From contig NC_068982.1 of the NCBI RefSeq assembly GCF_001194135.2, positions 73,178,279 through 73,242,278 of the forward strand: 64,000 bases of DNA, read 5' to 3'. The notes under the pieces were generated by a model, which saw only the letters and a program-made list of their open reading frames with translations, was not told the DNA's origin and ran no database searches. Positions 37,305-50,729 of the stretch are shown piece by piece (positions within the stretch are counted from its first letter, which is position 1; every line of letters begins with the position of its first letter). The DNA comes from Octopus bimaculoides. Taxonomy: Eukaryota. The translations under genes were made by a program, and so were the position numbers.

Positions 37305-38385
37305 ATAATTCAGTTTATTTCAAAACTTCTTGTCAACAGAGAAAGAACCGGTTTCTAACCTAGATCCAAGGCTCCTTAATTGGAATTTCAACATTAATAG
37401 CCGGGTATTTTTGTTTGTTTGTTTGTATGTATGTATGTATGTATTTATGCATGCATGCATGTATGTATGTATGTATGTATGTATGTGTGTATGTATGTAT
37501 GTATGTATGTATGTATATAGATTTGTATGTTTTGTTTTATGTAGGTAGATTTGTATGTTTTGTTTTATGTATGCATTCTCATGCATATAGCTGCATATCT
37601 AGACATGCTCATATATATTTAAATGATAAACGTCTGGAAAGTTTTACAGATTTTCACAGTTCCAATGATGGATTGAATCTGTAGTCTTCGACCTAATTTT
37701 CTCCTTTCTGGTTTTGAGAAGCCTAATTTCTCAAGACTGTTATTTAGGCAATGTATTACGTATCCCAGGGCCCCGATAATTACAAGTATAAACCTGAACT
37801 TGTAATCTAGATTGAGTAACTACATATTTTTCAGCATCGGTATCCTCTTTTTCACTAATCTTCAGCTTTATGTTAACATCCGATGGGCAGCTAACTTCCA
37901 CAACTGTACTCAGTTTCTATTCTCTATGCCAAATCATTATATCAGGTCTGATGTGCTTACATTTTATTGAGGTTTTCACTAAGACATTCCACCAATAACC
38001 CTTTTTTTATTATGAGTGGCAATGGCTTCTACCATACTGTGGGTTCTTATTTCTTTGTCTTCGGGATTATCCTTTCGACAGATTTCATTATAGAGTGTCC
38101 CAGCTACAACATCATGTCTCATCAGTAAATAATACTGTGACGACATTTTTGGACAACTGCTTATGATGTCGGTGATATCTTCGGTGTTAATCTCACAAAG
38201 TCCGCATCGGTTGTCACAGTTTACGGCTTTTCTTGCATCTCTATCCCTTCTGTGCATCAGGTATTTGGTTGATATTTCGTGTTCCTGGATTGCAAACGCA
38301 TACCCTTCAAAGTGGGGGGGGTAGTAATCCAGCTATTGGTCCATGATAGACCGTTTTAATGATCAATGTTACTATCAACTCGAGT
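37305..38385 (-). mobile_element. R4/Dong-like element 3' end with a complete 3' UTR containing an internal (CATA)n tract
   Basis: Motifs: FEGYAFAIQEHEISTKYL, NRCGLCEINTEDITDIISSCPKMSSQYY and RHDVVA. The UTR continues past the microsatellite to ...ttttgaaataaactgaatt. Confidence 0.92.
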
Positions 38386-39649
38386 TTTCTACTAGCATAC
38401 CCATGCATAGACTTCTGTTCATATATGCTCATTCTTTCATCTTATGATACGTTGTGGTAGATTCGTGCGACTTCTTTGGGCATATATTTAAGGTTATTAA
38501 ACAAGGAATATTGCTCAAGGAGCTGCCTTATGTATGCATGTAATCGTCGACGGCTCCTCCTCGTTTTCTAACATTTCTTTGTTTGTAGTACCATGAGAGA
38601 TAGAAACATGTAAATGAATCAAAATACTTTCACAGAACACTTTCAGAGTGACGTAACGTGAAAGGCATTAAATGCATCGGACAACTGAGTGACGGAGCGG
38701 TAAGTGTGCTGTGATAGAGATGCATGATAGCAATTGCGAAACATTAGAACTTATATTCTGAAAAATAATTCTTTTAGAAAATTGTTTCATTGTAGAGTTC
38801 CTACAACCATGTAGAGAAAATCGATTTCTTCCTATATATCCGCGGCAACATGCTTCAAGAATGGAATTCCCAGAACCCAAACGACGCCAGTATACATACC
38901 GAAAATATTGAGAATACAAAGATGTGAGTTAAAAGAAAAACTGGAAAGACAATATAGAACTATTGAGAGGCTGTTTTCTTCTTAACTTTATGAGTTTTTG
39001 TAAGGTGGTATAGAAAGGGTTTCACAAATTATGACACATACAGAAGTACCAATGGCTCTGAGGGTCATGGGGCTGGCTCATGAACAGAGACACTTGTAAT
39101 TGGAGTTCAAAGTCGAAGCTCTCGGAAACTTTGGGCTGTTTGAGTTTGTAACTGTATTTCAAGTTTTAATACAAGTTATAACTAAAAGAGACAAGAGTGT
39201 CTCGGAATTTGTTGTTTGAAAAATGAATAGAAATAATCTGATTATTGTGCATACCTGCATTCGCACGTAAATACTTCTCCATATCTTTCTTAATAAACCA
39301 TCGTTTTTAATAAAATTTTACATAGATATGTTTTTGAAGATGTAGATTAACTCTATATGAATTATGCATTATTAATTACCCATATTTAAAAAATATGATA
39401 AAGCGCCTGAGAATCTACTCCTACACAATAATCTGTCGTATATTTTAAATTCTAATTTAGACCACGAATTGTGGGATAGCAAGAACCAATTTTCTTTGTG
39501 AAATGCCTTCAACAATCAGCATTATTATTTTGAGAAAATAATATAACATAAACATATGTCCAATTAATTTGATAATTGATTGAAAATATGAACATATCAA
39601 GAATTCCTTTTAAAATGCAGATTTGAGAATTCTTATAATTTAAGGAAGC

Positions 39650-40440
39650 ACGCTTTAAATGCTCCTTCTAAAACAAATGTTTTTTTTATTATTTCACTGA
39701 AGTCATTTTGCCCCACAAGTTTTCATTCAATACTAAGAGCGACTGTGTCAATCACTCTTTCCTGTGTTATCGTACTATTGAAGAAGTCTCAATGAACTTT
39801 ACGTTTTTGGAAGATCTCTCAACAGATGCTACTATAACTGACAATGTAAAGAACATACGCACGGCAATACAAACACTGAGGATAATATCATTTACCATGT
39901 ATAACTTGTAAGTTGATGTAGCTCCCTATCTTCATTAAAATTTAATATATTAATCGTCTTAAGATGCTTTATTTCCTCTTGTAGGTATTCTAAGAGATTG
40001 TTTGAATATTTTTCCCATAATCTTGGACTTACAAAGTTGAGTTCTTCTAACACGTCTTACTGTTACCTCAGAATGCAAAACAACCTCAATTGTGTTTGCA
40101 GCGTCAAACTGCTTTGATATTCCAGCAAACAGTGAACCAATGAGAACAAAGGAAACATTCCGTTTGAATTCAGAGTGAGGTTCATCAGAACTATCATAAA
40201 GAATTTCTCAGATGTTCTCCTCTCGTTCATTATCGTCCTCAATAACAGAAAATTTTTTTTTAATTTATCGTTTTGATGGGAGACGAAAAACGGTTTCCAT
40301 TTCTTCTGTAACTAGTTTCGATTTATTAAAAATCTGAGGTCATTTGCCAAATACAACTTTAAGATCATTAATTTGAGATCTCTCAGTCCGTTGTAGCATC
40401 TCTTGACTGGATCACCTCATTATCGTTAACGATCAGTATG
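39650..40440 (-). mobile_element. hAT transposase remnant including the C-terminal dimerisation domain
   Basis: At 39720-39890 the minus strand reads CIAVRMFFTLSVIVASVERSSKNVKFIET, then TITQEK...LSIE, matching the hATC pattern TLPVTVAS.ERSFSKLKLIK..LRSTM.QERL. Confidence 0.75.
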
Positions 40441-41001
40441 AGAATCAACTAAATTGATGACACTAGAATGTAAGAGAAGTATGACACATAATTCATTACA
40501 TTGTTCATTTCATTTATCGCTTGGGGACGTGAGGTGGAGAGACAGAAGCTTTTTAGTCCAAGTCACACTTCAACAAGATTTATTACAAACCATCCTGGTC
40601 TAACACTTGCTTCTCAGTCTGTTCGATGAATACATAAAGTGTTGGTGGAGTCACCTACACGATGATACCACCCTACTTATCCAGACATGTTGATAGCGTT
40701 ATCATAAATATGTCAACGATTATCTTTAATAGATACCCCAAAATGATTGGATGTCTCCGTAATCAGTCTTGCCAATTCAGCTCCAGTTTTGTTAAAACAA
40801 TCAACAAAGGATAATTTTTTAAAACTATAAATATAGGGATTGCCACCCTGCCAGGAATGCGGCAAGGCTATGGAACTGCAGCATAGCATATTATGGAGAG
40901 ATAGCGGAAGTGTTCAAAAGATCCGACGGTGCTTCTTACATTAAAGCAGAGCGGAGGAATCCCAGAGGATCAGCGGTTAAATCACGGAGCTCTGTCAAGA
41001 G

Positions 41002-41196
41002 AGTAACTGCAACGCATCCACAGGGGAAGCATCTATAGTTACGTAATCAGCTAATGAAAGACACAATGACTCAATCTCCCAGTTCACATCCATAATAAGG
41101 GAATTATGAATTTGAATTGGGAGCTTGTGTCACAGTGTCTTTCATTAACTGATTACACGACCATGGACGTCACCCTATGGATACGTTAAAGTTACT
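41002..41196. repeat. 195-bp foldback: ~95-nt imperfect inverted arms around a 6-nt loop (aaggga)
   Basis: 41002-41096 aligns to the reverse complement of 41103-41196 at roughly three-quarters identity by eye. Confidence 0.9.
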
Positions 41197-41314
41197 TGCG
41201 AAAGCAACGAAAAAAGAAAAAAATATTTGATACCACAGATAATGAACGCTCTGTTCCACATGGCTAGAATCCGGTGTTGCATCAACAATCAACATTGTAT
41301 TCATTAACCCCTAG

Positions 41315-41545
41315 ACATTACTGTCTCAAGTCCTCGAACTCATCGGGCCGGTTACCAGGTTTCTATGGCGTATAAGTGACCAAGATCACTCTCTCTCTCT
41401 CTGAACAGGACACCAGTTGAAGAGACTGAAGCAACGTGAAATGAAGTGTTTTGCCCAAAAATACAGCAGCGCACCATCCGGATCAGAAATCAGAGCCACA
41501 TTCTCACAATCATAAGAACAACACCTTAACCACTTGTCCACGTTA
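41315..41545 (-). mobile_element. SINE family C, degenerate
   Basis: actgaagcaacgtgaaatgaagtgttttgccc...cttaaccact. Confidence 0.7.
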
Positions 41546-41967
41546 GAATGATTTAATAATATTTTGTAGAAATTATTTTATCTAAAATGTGGTTCCAAAC
41601 AATTTGCGCATCAATTGATAAATTCAGTTTGCGATAATACTGAAATACAGTGAACATGAAGCCGCAATTTTTTTCTTGTGAACCTATAATTTTTGCAGCA
41701 TGTTCAACTTGCCGGGAGAGCTGTGACGCCATTTTCATTTTGTACCGAAGGTCAAGGACGTTCTTCATATGAACGTATTAAGCAAGACTATTGGTAACCG
41801 ATAATCTTCTGTCATTCTCTGATAATCTGTTTATATACCTATATACATCTATACACACACAACACACACACATGCACATATACACACACACATACACGTA
41901 CACATATACGCACACACATACACATATACAAACACATACACACATGCACGCATGCACGCATGCGCGC

Positions 41968-42053
<86 letters not shown>

Positions 42054-42309
42054 ATTAAACTTTATAGCAGATACTATTATAGCTCCATTTCAGCCAATCT
42101 TACCTATTGGTTTCATACGCGAATGAGACAATCAGATGATTACCTAAGACTCGTGGTTTTAGAGAATCACCGAATTATCTGACTCGTGTACGGAAATTGA
42201 TGGGTAAAATCGGTTGAAATGGATCTATAACACTGTACGCTAAAAGATTAGCATACCCACTCTATTGCCAAATATACGAGATTTGTTACATTTATCTTAT
42301 CTTACTGGC

Positions 42310-42820
42310 TTGTTTAAATTCAATGCTCTCAAGTTATCCCCACTCCCCAGGAGAGCATTCAAATTTGTTTCCGTAAAATGGAGGACGTTGTAAACTGAAC
42401 TATCTTCAAGGAATTCCATGTCATTTCCTTCTTTTCAAACTTCTTCAGAAGCTACAGAAATTGCAAACGCTACCAGAAATAACCTTTGTTGCAGGTCTAG
42501 AAAAAAGTTTGTGATATCTTCGAGTATAAATACTTCTCTGAGATTCCAGGTAAAAAGTGTAATTGGGTAGAGAATCCGTTTATGTGTGATATTGAAGAAG
42601 TTTCTCAAAAGTTAAGAGAAATTATTGATAAGAAAGCAAGAAATGTTCCTGTCTCTAAACTTCCAACTCAGCTTCCAACCCCAAATGTTCAAAAAAAGGC
42701 ACTGCATATTTTGCTTCTTTTTTGATTCAATATATTTATGTGAGAAAAGTTTTCTACTTTAGAAAATATAAAAACGAAGTAGAAAAGTCGAATGTGATAT
42801 GCGACTTGTCTTAATAAACA
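42310..42820 (+). mobile_element. hAT-Charlie transposase C-terminal remnant
   Basis: Motifs: NWVENPF, KKALHILLLF, (frameshift) SIYLCEKSF, then KTK..SRM and MRLVL. Confidence 0.75.
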
Positions 42821-42879
42821 ATCAATCTAGAACTGATGAGCATGTTAATAACTATAATCTATTATTGTATTTTATATAT

Positions 42880-43085
42880 TAAAGCGGTGAGCTGGCAGAT
42901 TCGTTAGCAGGCCGAAAAAATGCTTAGCGGCATTTCTTCCGTTTTTACGTTCTGAGTTCAAATTACGCGGAGGTCGACTTTGCTGTTCATCCTTTCGAGG
43001 CCAATAAAATAAGTATCCGAAGAACTGGGGTCGATGTAATCGATCTTCTCCTCTCCATAAAATTTCAGAACTTGTGCCTATAATA
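42880..43085 (+). mobile_element. SINE family A
   Basis: Full consensus match ending agaaaggattatt. Confidence 0.88.
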
Positions 43086-43827
43086 GAAAGGATTATTATG
43101 TTTATATTAGTGTGTTTGTTGTGGACGCCTACTGTGTTGTAAGCAGGAAGAGGCACCCTCTTGACCCTCGCTACCTTGACCCGTGGAATATCAATGATGG
43201 AAGGGCGGATGCCCCAGCACTCCGATGGCACTTATTTTAAGCTGGGTAGAGTAGGGTAACATAAAATTAGATCAACGACATAACGCACAGTTCTGTCCCC
43301 GGAATCAAACCCATATCTTTATGATTGCGACCAGAACACACTAACCATTAGACCATGAGCTCCTCAGTTAACAAAAACGTAAAACAAGTAAGTCATACTC
43401 ACTTGCAAGTGACACCTAAACAAGTTCTCTATGCATTTTATTTTCTGCTAAATTACATATATTGCTTTCCCACGTTTTTGGACTTATCCAAAACTTTTGG
43501 ACTTCGCCAAAATGGCGAAGAAAGAAGAATTATTTGGGTACAAACTCTGGTTTCTATTCTCATTTATAAAGGGGAGAGTGGGTAAAAACTGTTCACTAAT
43601 ATTTCGAAGTGCTGACTAATATTTTCAGTCTGATGACCCCTGATTTAAAATACTTAAAGTGTTGAGTACCAATTAATCACATGGCTTTTGGCGTGGTCAA
43701 TTAGGTAATCGGTCACGTGGATGTATTAGATGACGCCTGTTTATATTGATTGATATCGTCTGACAGTTTCAGTTCAGAATTAATTATATGACTGGTGGTG
43801 TTCCCAATTACGTCCATTACTTTAGAG

Positions 43828-44376
43828 CAGTGGTTCCCAACCCTTTTATTTAAATGAGTCTTACCACGGACTCCTTTTAATATTCTTATCCTTATGTATG
43901 TGTATATATATATATATATATATATNNNNNNNNNNNNNNNNNNNNNNNNNNNNNNNNNNNNNNNNNNNNNNNNNNNNNNNNNNNNNNNNNNNNNNNNNNN
44001 NNNNNNNNNNNNNNNNNNNNNNNNNNNNNNNNNNNNNNNNNNNNNNNNNNNNNNNNNNNNNNNNNNNNNNNNNNNNNNNNNNNNNNNNNNNNNNNNNNNN
44101 NNNNNNNNNNNNNNNNNNNNNNNNNNNNNNNNNNNNNNNNNNNNNNNNNNNNNNNNNNNNNNNNNNNNNNNNNNNNNNNNNNNNNNNNNNNNNNNNNNNN
44201 NNNNNNNNNNNNNNNNNNNNNNNNNNNNNNNNNNNNNNNNNNNNNNNNNNNNNNNNNNNNNNNNNNNNNNNNNNNNNNNNNNATATATATATGAAATGCT
44301 GAATTTATTTCACGGACCCCCAGTACTGCTTTTGCGGACTATCAAGGGTCCGCAGACCCCAGGTTGGGAACCACTG
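43828..44376. mobile_element. hAT MITE with an internal (TA)n tract and gap
   Basis: Perfect TIRs cagtggttcccaacc / ggttgggaaccactg and a perfect 8-bp TSD ctttagag (43820-43827, 44377-44384). Confidence 0.93.
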
Positions 44377-44828
44377 CTTTAGAGCAATCAGTTGGTCGAC
44401 AGTTTTGTCGATGTCGTCGTTTGTTTTATTTGTCAAGGATCAGCTGGCAGTTTTGTTCTGCTTCAGATAATTTAATTACGTGGGTTGTAGTGTTGGTGAG
44501 ACATTGGTTCCTTTTAGCGGTTATTATTTTGGTATAGAAATATCGATATGTGCTGAAGGGACGATGTGTTTGCTAAACAATGTGTTAGATTTTCTAACAT
44601 TACTTTAAAACAAATTATTTTAATCAAGTTATTTTAATTAAGATAATACAGGTCCGGTCGGGAGAAATCAGGACTAATATATTGTCATTTAATATATTCA
44701 ATTAGTTAATATACGCACATGAAACTGCCTTAGGCCATAATATCACTTGTTGTGATATTTGCCTCAGAGAAACTTTTCAAAGAGACTTGTGTGTTAGAAA
44801 CAATACCTTTGCTCAGAACGTTGGTGAG

Positions 44829-44874
44829 TCGCCAGACACAGTGTTTCGGCCTGATTCGGTCTCCTCAGTGACGA
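44829..44874 (-). ncRNA. Minimal type I hammerhead ribozyme motif (PLE/retrozyme type)
   Basis: 5'-UCGUCA CUGAGGA GACC gaauca GGCC GAA ACA cug UGU C UGGCGA-3'. The core is complete, stem I has 6 bp, stem II has 4 positions with one A.C mismatch, and the cleavage triplet is GUC. Confidence 0.72.
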
Positions 44875-45124
44875 ATCTTTAAGGAAGTTCTAAGCAAAGC
44901 CAAAGCATACGTGTTCCAATTATGAAACATTGAGCCTGCATGGGTTTCATGTACCTACACCTGCTGACTCTCACCCACTTTCGTGATGGCTGGACGTATA
45001 AACAAATTATACGAAGTGTAATTATACGAAGTGTAATTATACGAAGTGTAACATTTAACACAATACATTATTTAATTACGTTATAATACATCATGTAATC
45101 CTGTAAATATTTCAGTCTTGTGTG

Positions 45125-45680
45125 ATGTAAACTTTGTCTCTTACACTACACTTTTTCAAAGAAAATAAACTGGGTATCACTTCAAAATTGCACGACACCT
45201 GTATTTTCTCTGACAAATTTTAAACAACTGGGCTTTTCTGTAGTTGTACGACACCACTTCCAGCACCATCATTGTGATGTTAGACTGCTTAAGTCAGTAA
45301 TGGCTGCCACAGAGGTGATAACGAGGTTCATTTACTCAAAATAATTACAAAAAATAACAGAGACATATAATTTTTATCATTACGTAACATTCTTATTAAT
45401 TATATATACTAACGTTTCACAATGTTTTCCTTTTTTTATTTCTTCTTGTATGCATTGTGAACATTACATGCCTTAATTAAATTTTCCATGTTTTCTTCTC
45501 AACTTGTAAGATTAAAAAACATGACTGTTTTGAAGTCTTATTTTATATATTTTATTTATTAAACATAATTATTCGTAGTTTGAGAAAAACACATCAAGAG
45601 TTGAAATCCTTACATCAAAAAGAAATAAGAACATCTTGGAGGAAAAAAAAACATGCATGAAAATATTCAAGCTTACCAAA
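45125..45680 (+). repeat. ~540-bp unclassified repeat or local duplication, copy 1
   Basis: Colinear with 52614-53140. Conserved blocks include acacctgtat.ttctctgacaaatttta, cagtaatggctgccaca and tgtgaacattacatgccttaattaaattttcca. Confidence 0.88.
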
Positions 45681-46264
45681 TTCTAGTGTTTTTTCAGTGT
45701 TTCATTGTTGCTTCTGTAGCGAATGTGCAAAGATATTTGAGTAAGTTTGTAGAGCGTTGATGGCGTATATACAGTCACTTGCGAACGAGTATGGCGAACG
45801 AGTATGGCGAACGAGTATGGCGAACGTGAAAGTATGTACCATCTTTTCATTGTTTTGGGCGCCTACGTACTCTCAAGCAGACATAGATACCTTCTTGGCC
45901 CTCCTGTCATAGCTCCAGCAAACATGCAGAAGTGGCAGTTGCAAAGAAAGAGGTTACTCAAACTGGAACGACGTGAAATGAAGTATCTTGCTCAAGAAAG
46001 CACAACGAAACTCCCAGTACAGAAATTGAGCCCACGACTTTATTGTCACGAACTGAACGCACTAACCGCTAGGCTTTAATGTTTTGTTAGTATTGTGTGA
46101 GTTATATTATAAGTTTTATTGCCTAGTTGGTTTGTGTAGAGAATGAGCTGTGTGGGTTGTATGGGTTTTTTTATGAGTTAGAAATTGTCTAAAATGAGTT
46201 GAGTAAAATATGTGCCTATGTAAGTATGATGCATGTATGTAATGTATGTATATATTTACATATG

Positions 46265-46337
<73 letters not shown>

Positions 46338-47069
46338 GTACGTGGTGGGGTATATATGCATGTACGTGCACGTATATGTATGTATGTATGTATATATATA
46401 TATATANNNNNNNNNNNNNNNNNNNNNNNNNNNNNNNNNNNNNNNNNNNNNNNNNNNNNNNNNNNNNNNNNNNNNNNNNNNNNNNNNNNNNNNNNNNNNN
46501 NNNNNNNNNNNNNNNNNNNNNNNNNNNNNNNNNNNNNNNNNNNNNNNNNNNNNNNNNNNNNNNNNNNNNNNNNNNNNNNNNNNNNNNNNNNNNNNNNNNN
46601 NNNNNNNNNNNNNNNNNNNNNNNNNNNNNNNNNNNNNNNNNNNNNNNNNNNNNNNNNNNNNNNNNNNNNNNNNNNNNNNNNNNNNNNNNNNNNNNNNNNN
46701 NNNNNNNNNNNNNNNNNNNNNNNNNNNNNNNNNNNNNNNNNNNNNNNNNNNNNNNNNNNNNNNNNNNNNNNNNNNNNNNNNNNNNNNNNNNNNNNNNNNN
46801 NNNNNNNNNNNNNNNNNNNNNNNNNNNNNNNNNNNNNNNNNNNNNNNNNNNNNNNNNNNNNNNNNNNNNNNNNNNNNNNNNNNNNNNNNNNNNNNNNNNN
46901 NNNNNNNNNNNNNNNNNNNNNNNNNNNNNNNNNNNNNNNNNNNNNNNNNNNNNNNNNNNNNNNNNNNNNNNNNNNNNNNNNNNNNNNNNNNNNNNNNNNN
47001 NNNNNNNNNNNNNNNNNNNNNNNNNNNNNNNNNNNNNNNNNNNNNNNNNNNNNNNNNNNNNNNNNNNNN

Positions 47070-47545
47070 GGGACGGTGGAATAGTAGTTTTTCGTTCATT
47101 TTGGCAATTTCATGGTAATATGTTTCTGCAATAATGGTTTTTCCGGGTTCCAAGAAGTTATAATGGCTGAGTCGAGCAGTACACCACCAAAGTCACCATA
47201 ACCTTCTATTTGAAGAGCTCAGGCTTAGGGTAGGTTTTCGGTGCTTCATTTTGGTCCAACCACTGCGAAGAACGTCTTTTATTATTGTACAGAATCTACT
47301 TTTCATCGCAAGTTACAATACGATCGAGAAATGAATGGATCGGCCTGGTTACGGAGAAGCTACGAGCAAATTTCATATCTGCGCATTTTCTGATTTTCAT
47401 TCAAATCGTGTGGTACCTATTTGTCGAGCTATTTTAATTTTCCGATCACATGCAAATGGTTGTAGGCAGTTTTCAGGATAACTTGATGGGCCGAAACTTC
47501 CAAGACAATGTCAATACTATTCTTGTAAAAGTGTTGAGCAATCTT
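47070..47545 (-). mobile_element. Mariner transposase fragment
   Basis: Motifs: VPHDLNENQKMRRYEIC, FLDRIVTCDEK*ILYNN, KVMVT and FLEPGKTIIAETYYHEI. Confidence 0.9.
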
Positions 47546-47825
47546 TCTATTTAAAATAAAACTGTTTTATTGTAACATAAATACTATTATTGATACAGAT
47601 ATATGTTTGTGTGTGTGTATGTAGAGTAACACAACACCTCTGTGTGGGATTATATTCTCGGATGAAAATCACAGTAACTTGCCTCTCAACGATGTATATA
47701 GGTAAACTATGGTACATAGATGGCTCTTATAATACAATCTCATCTTGTTAACTATTTAACAGCCACTGCAGTATTGCTGGTCTTATGTATAATATTAGAC
47801 TAATATATTTACCATGATTTGTGGG

Positions 47826-48777
<952 letters not shown>

Positions 48778-48778
<1 letters not shown>

Positions 48779-49085
48779 CGTTATTTGTAACTAAAAATAT
48801 TTTGTGCAAAAAGGGAACTGAAAAGACGAAGATCACACAAACGTCAATACTGAATATACAGAAAACAACTATTTATATTGCTTTAAAATTTTGGCATAAG
48901 GCCAGCGGGTCTCAGGGAAGGGCTAAGTAAATTACATCGACCCCAGGATCAACTGGTACTTATTTTATTAACCCCGAAAGGCAAAGTCGACCGCGGCGGA
49001 ATTTGAACTCAGACTGTAAAGACGGAAAAACTGCCATTGTGCATTTTGCCCGGCACGGTAACAATTCTGCCAGTTCACCACCTTA
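48778..49085 (+). repeat. ~310-bp segment (unique 115 bp and a SINE A), duplicated in inverted orientation at 53268-53585
   Basis: Both copies share the flank ttgtgcaaaaagggaactgaaaag.cgaagatcac and the private SINE variant ctcagactgtaaagacggaaaaactgcc. Confidence 0.85.
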
Positions 49086-49659
49086 AAACAGATTCAAAGA
49101 TTTTCTCATTTTGTCAGATCTAGTGTAGGACATCCAAATAAAATGTAATGTAATTGTTTCAGGAAATATACTACGAAGGGGACATTTGTCATCTGTATTG
49201 TGGGAATTGCGGATATTTCTTACCATATATCTCGTGACAGCCTTCTCTTGAGTCACAAATTTTACTGCAATTGTTGGCCCACTTGTGTTGACTATGTAAA
49301 AGCCTACATACAGATTTCTTCACATTGACATATGAAGTAGTCGACATATTCAGGCGAAGGCAATTATTAACAGAAGCAAAAACAACTACATAACAAAAAA
49401 GAGATAAAAAATACTCCAAAACAACAAAGTCAGATAAAGCAAAAATCCAGATTAAGAAAGAGAACAAATAAAGAGAGCAGATATGCATGGTTTTAATAGA
49501 TTGTGAAATTATGCAAAGCTACCTCTCGGAACGAAAAGTTATTGTTGACTACTAATTTAATAATAATTACAATTATATCGTTTGGAAGTATTTTTAGCCA
49601 TTTAAATAGTTAAAAAATCTTCTATTTTAACTTTTCGTTTATTTCTTTAGACATGGATG

Positions 49660-49817
49660 TGTAATTAACAAGCTCGCGTTGTAGCCACAGAGTTTCGAGT
49701 TCAGTCCCTTTGCGCGGTGGCTTGGGCAAATATCTTCTACTCCAGTCCCGGTCCGATTAATACCTTGTGAATGAATTTGGTAGATGGAAATTATGTGGGA
49801 GCCCATTGCGTGTGTGT

Positions 49818-49892
<75 letters not shown>

Positions 49893-49900
49893 AGTGTGTG

Positions 49901-49946
<46 letters not shown>

Positions 49947-50155
49947 CGTGCGCATGTGTGTTTGTGTCTGTATTTGTCATCCATCCTCCGATACTGACTT
50001 TATGTCCTCGTAACTTAGTGGTTCGGCAAAAGAGATCCGGTAGAATAAGTACCAGACATTAAAAAAAACGTACCGGAGCCGATTTGTTCGATTAAAAAAA
50101 TAATCTTCGCAGTGGTGCCCCAGCTTGGTCGAAATCCAATGACTGAAACGAGTAA
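49660..50155 (+). mobile_element. SINE family B, full length: head, core, internal (TG)n and LINE-like tail
   Basis: gagttcagtccc (B-box), cttgggcaaatatcttctac, (TG)n, gtaacttagtggttcggcaaaagaga, then ggtgccccagc...aatgactgaaac. Confidence 0.88.
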
Positions 50156-50729
50156 TTGATAATTTCTTCATTTTTTTTTTGTATGATAACATCTTAACGA
50201 TTGAAACCGGTAGCATCTTTTGATAAAATGTAAATATTCCGCTTTCTTTATTAAGTTCTCAATGCATTATCTCTTTGTTTTCAACACACACACATCTATG
50301 TATATATACATATATCTATATGCATATATACACATATCACACACACATATGCATACAGACATACACATACACACAGACGTATGAATATACGTATGTATGT
50401 AATCGTGTATGAATGAAAATGTATATGGCTGTGATAGGTACAGTAGAGAATTTAGAGAGAATATTTCAAGTCAATATAAATTCAACGTAACTTACACGCT
50501 TCGCCGTGTTTCGCGCTGGAAGTCATCTTTAAATAAACTAGTTATTCCACGGATACCAAAGAAGTATTTCCCTCCCACCAGATTTGTGATCTACGTGTGT
50601 TTCTTAGATTATGTGTTATCAATATGACTGTATATCTTCGAAGTTCTTAAGGCAATATTTTTTCTCCTTTTGATTTTTGATATTAGTTTGTTTTTGTTTT
50701 TTTTGTTTTTTTTGTTTTTTTTGTCGAGT

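Noticed and set aside
37330-37395. Hammerhead-like layout in the R4 3' UTR (minus strand: gcct-tggatct-aggt-ta-GAAAC-CG-GTT)
   Set aside because: There is no CUGANGA core at the required position. Only the hairpin and GAAAC match.
45005-45051. Three direct copies of aattatacgaagtgt containing a 12-nt match to a loxP half-site (ATTATACGAAGT)
   Set aside because: The repeats are direct, not inverted around an 8-bp spacer, and no recombinase is present. This is an ordinary 15-bp slippage repeat.
45781-45826. 13-bp unit gcgaacgagtatg repeated 3.5 times
   Set aside because: There are no spacers and no cas genes, and the context is eukaryotic. It is a simple minisatellite, not CRISPR.
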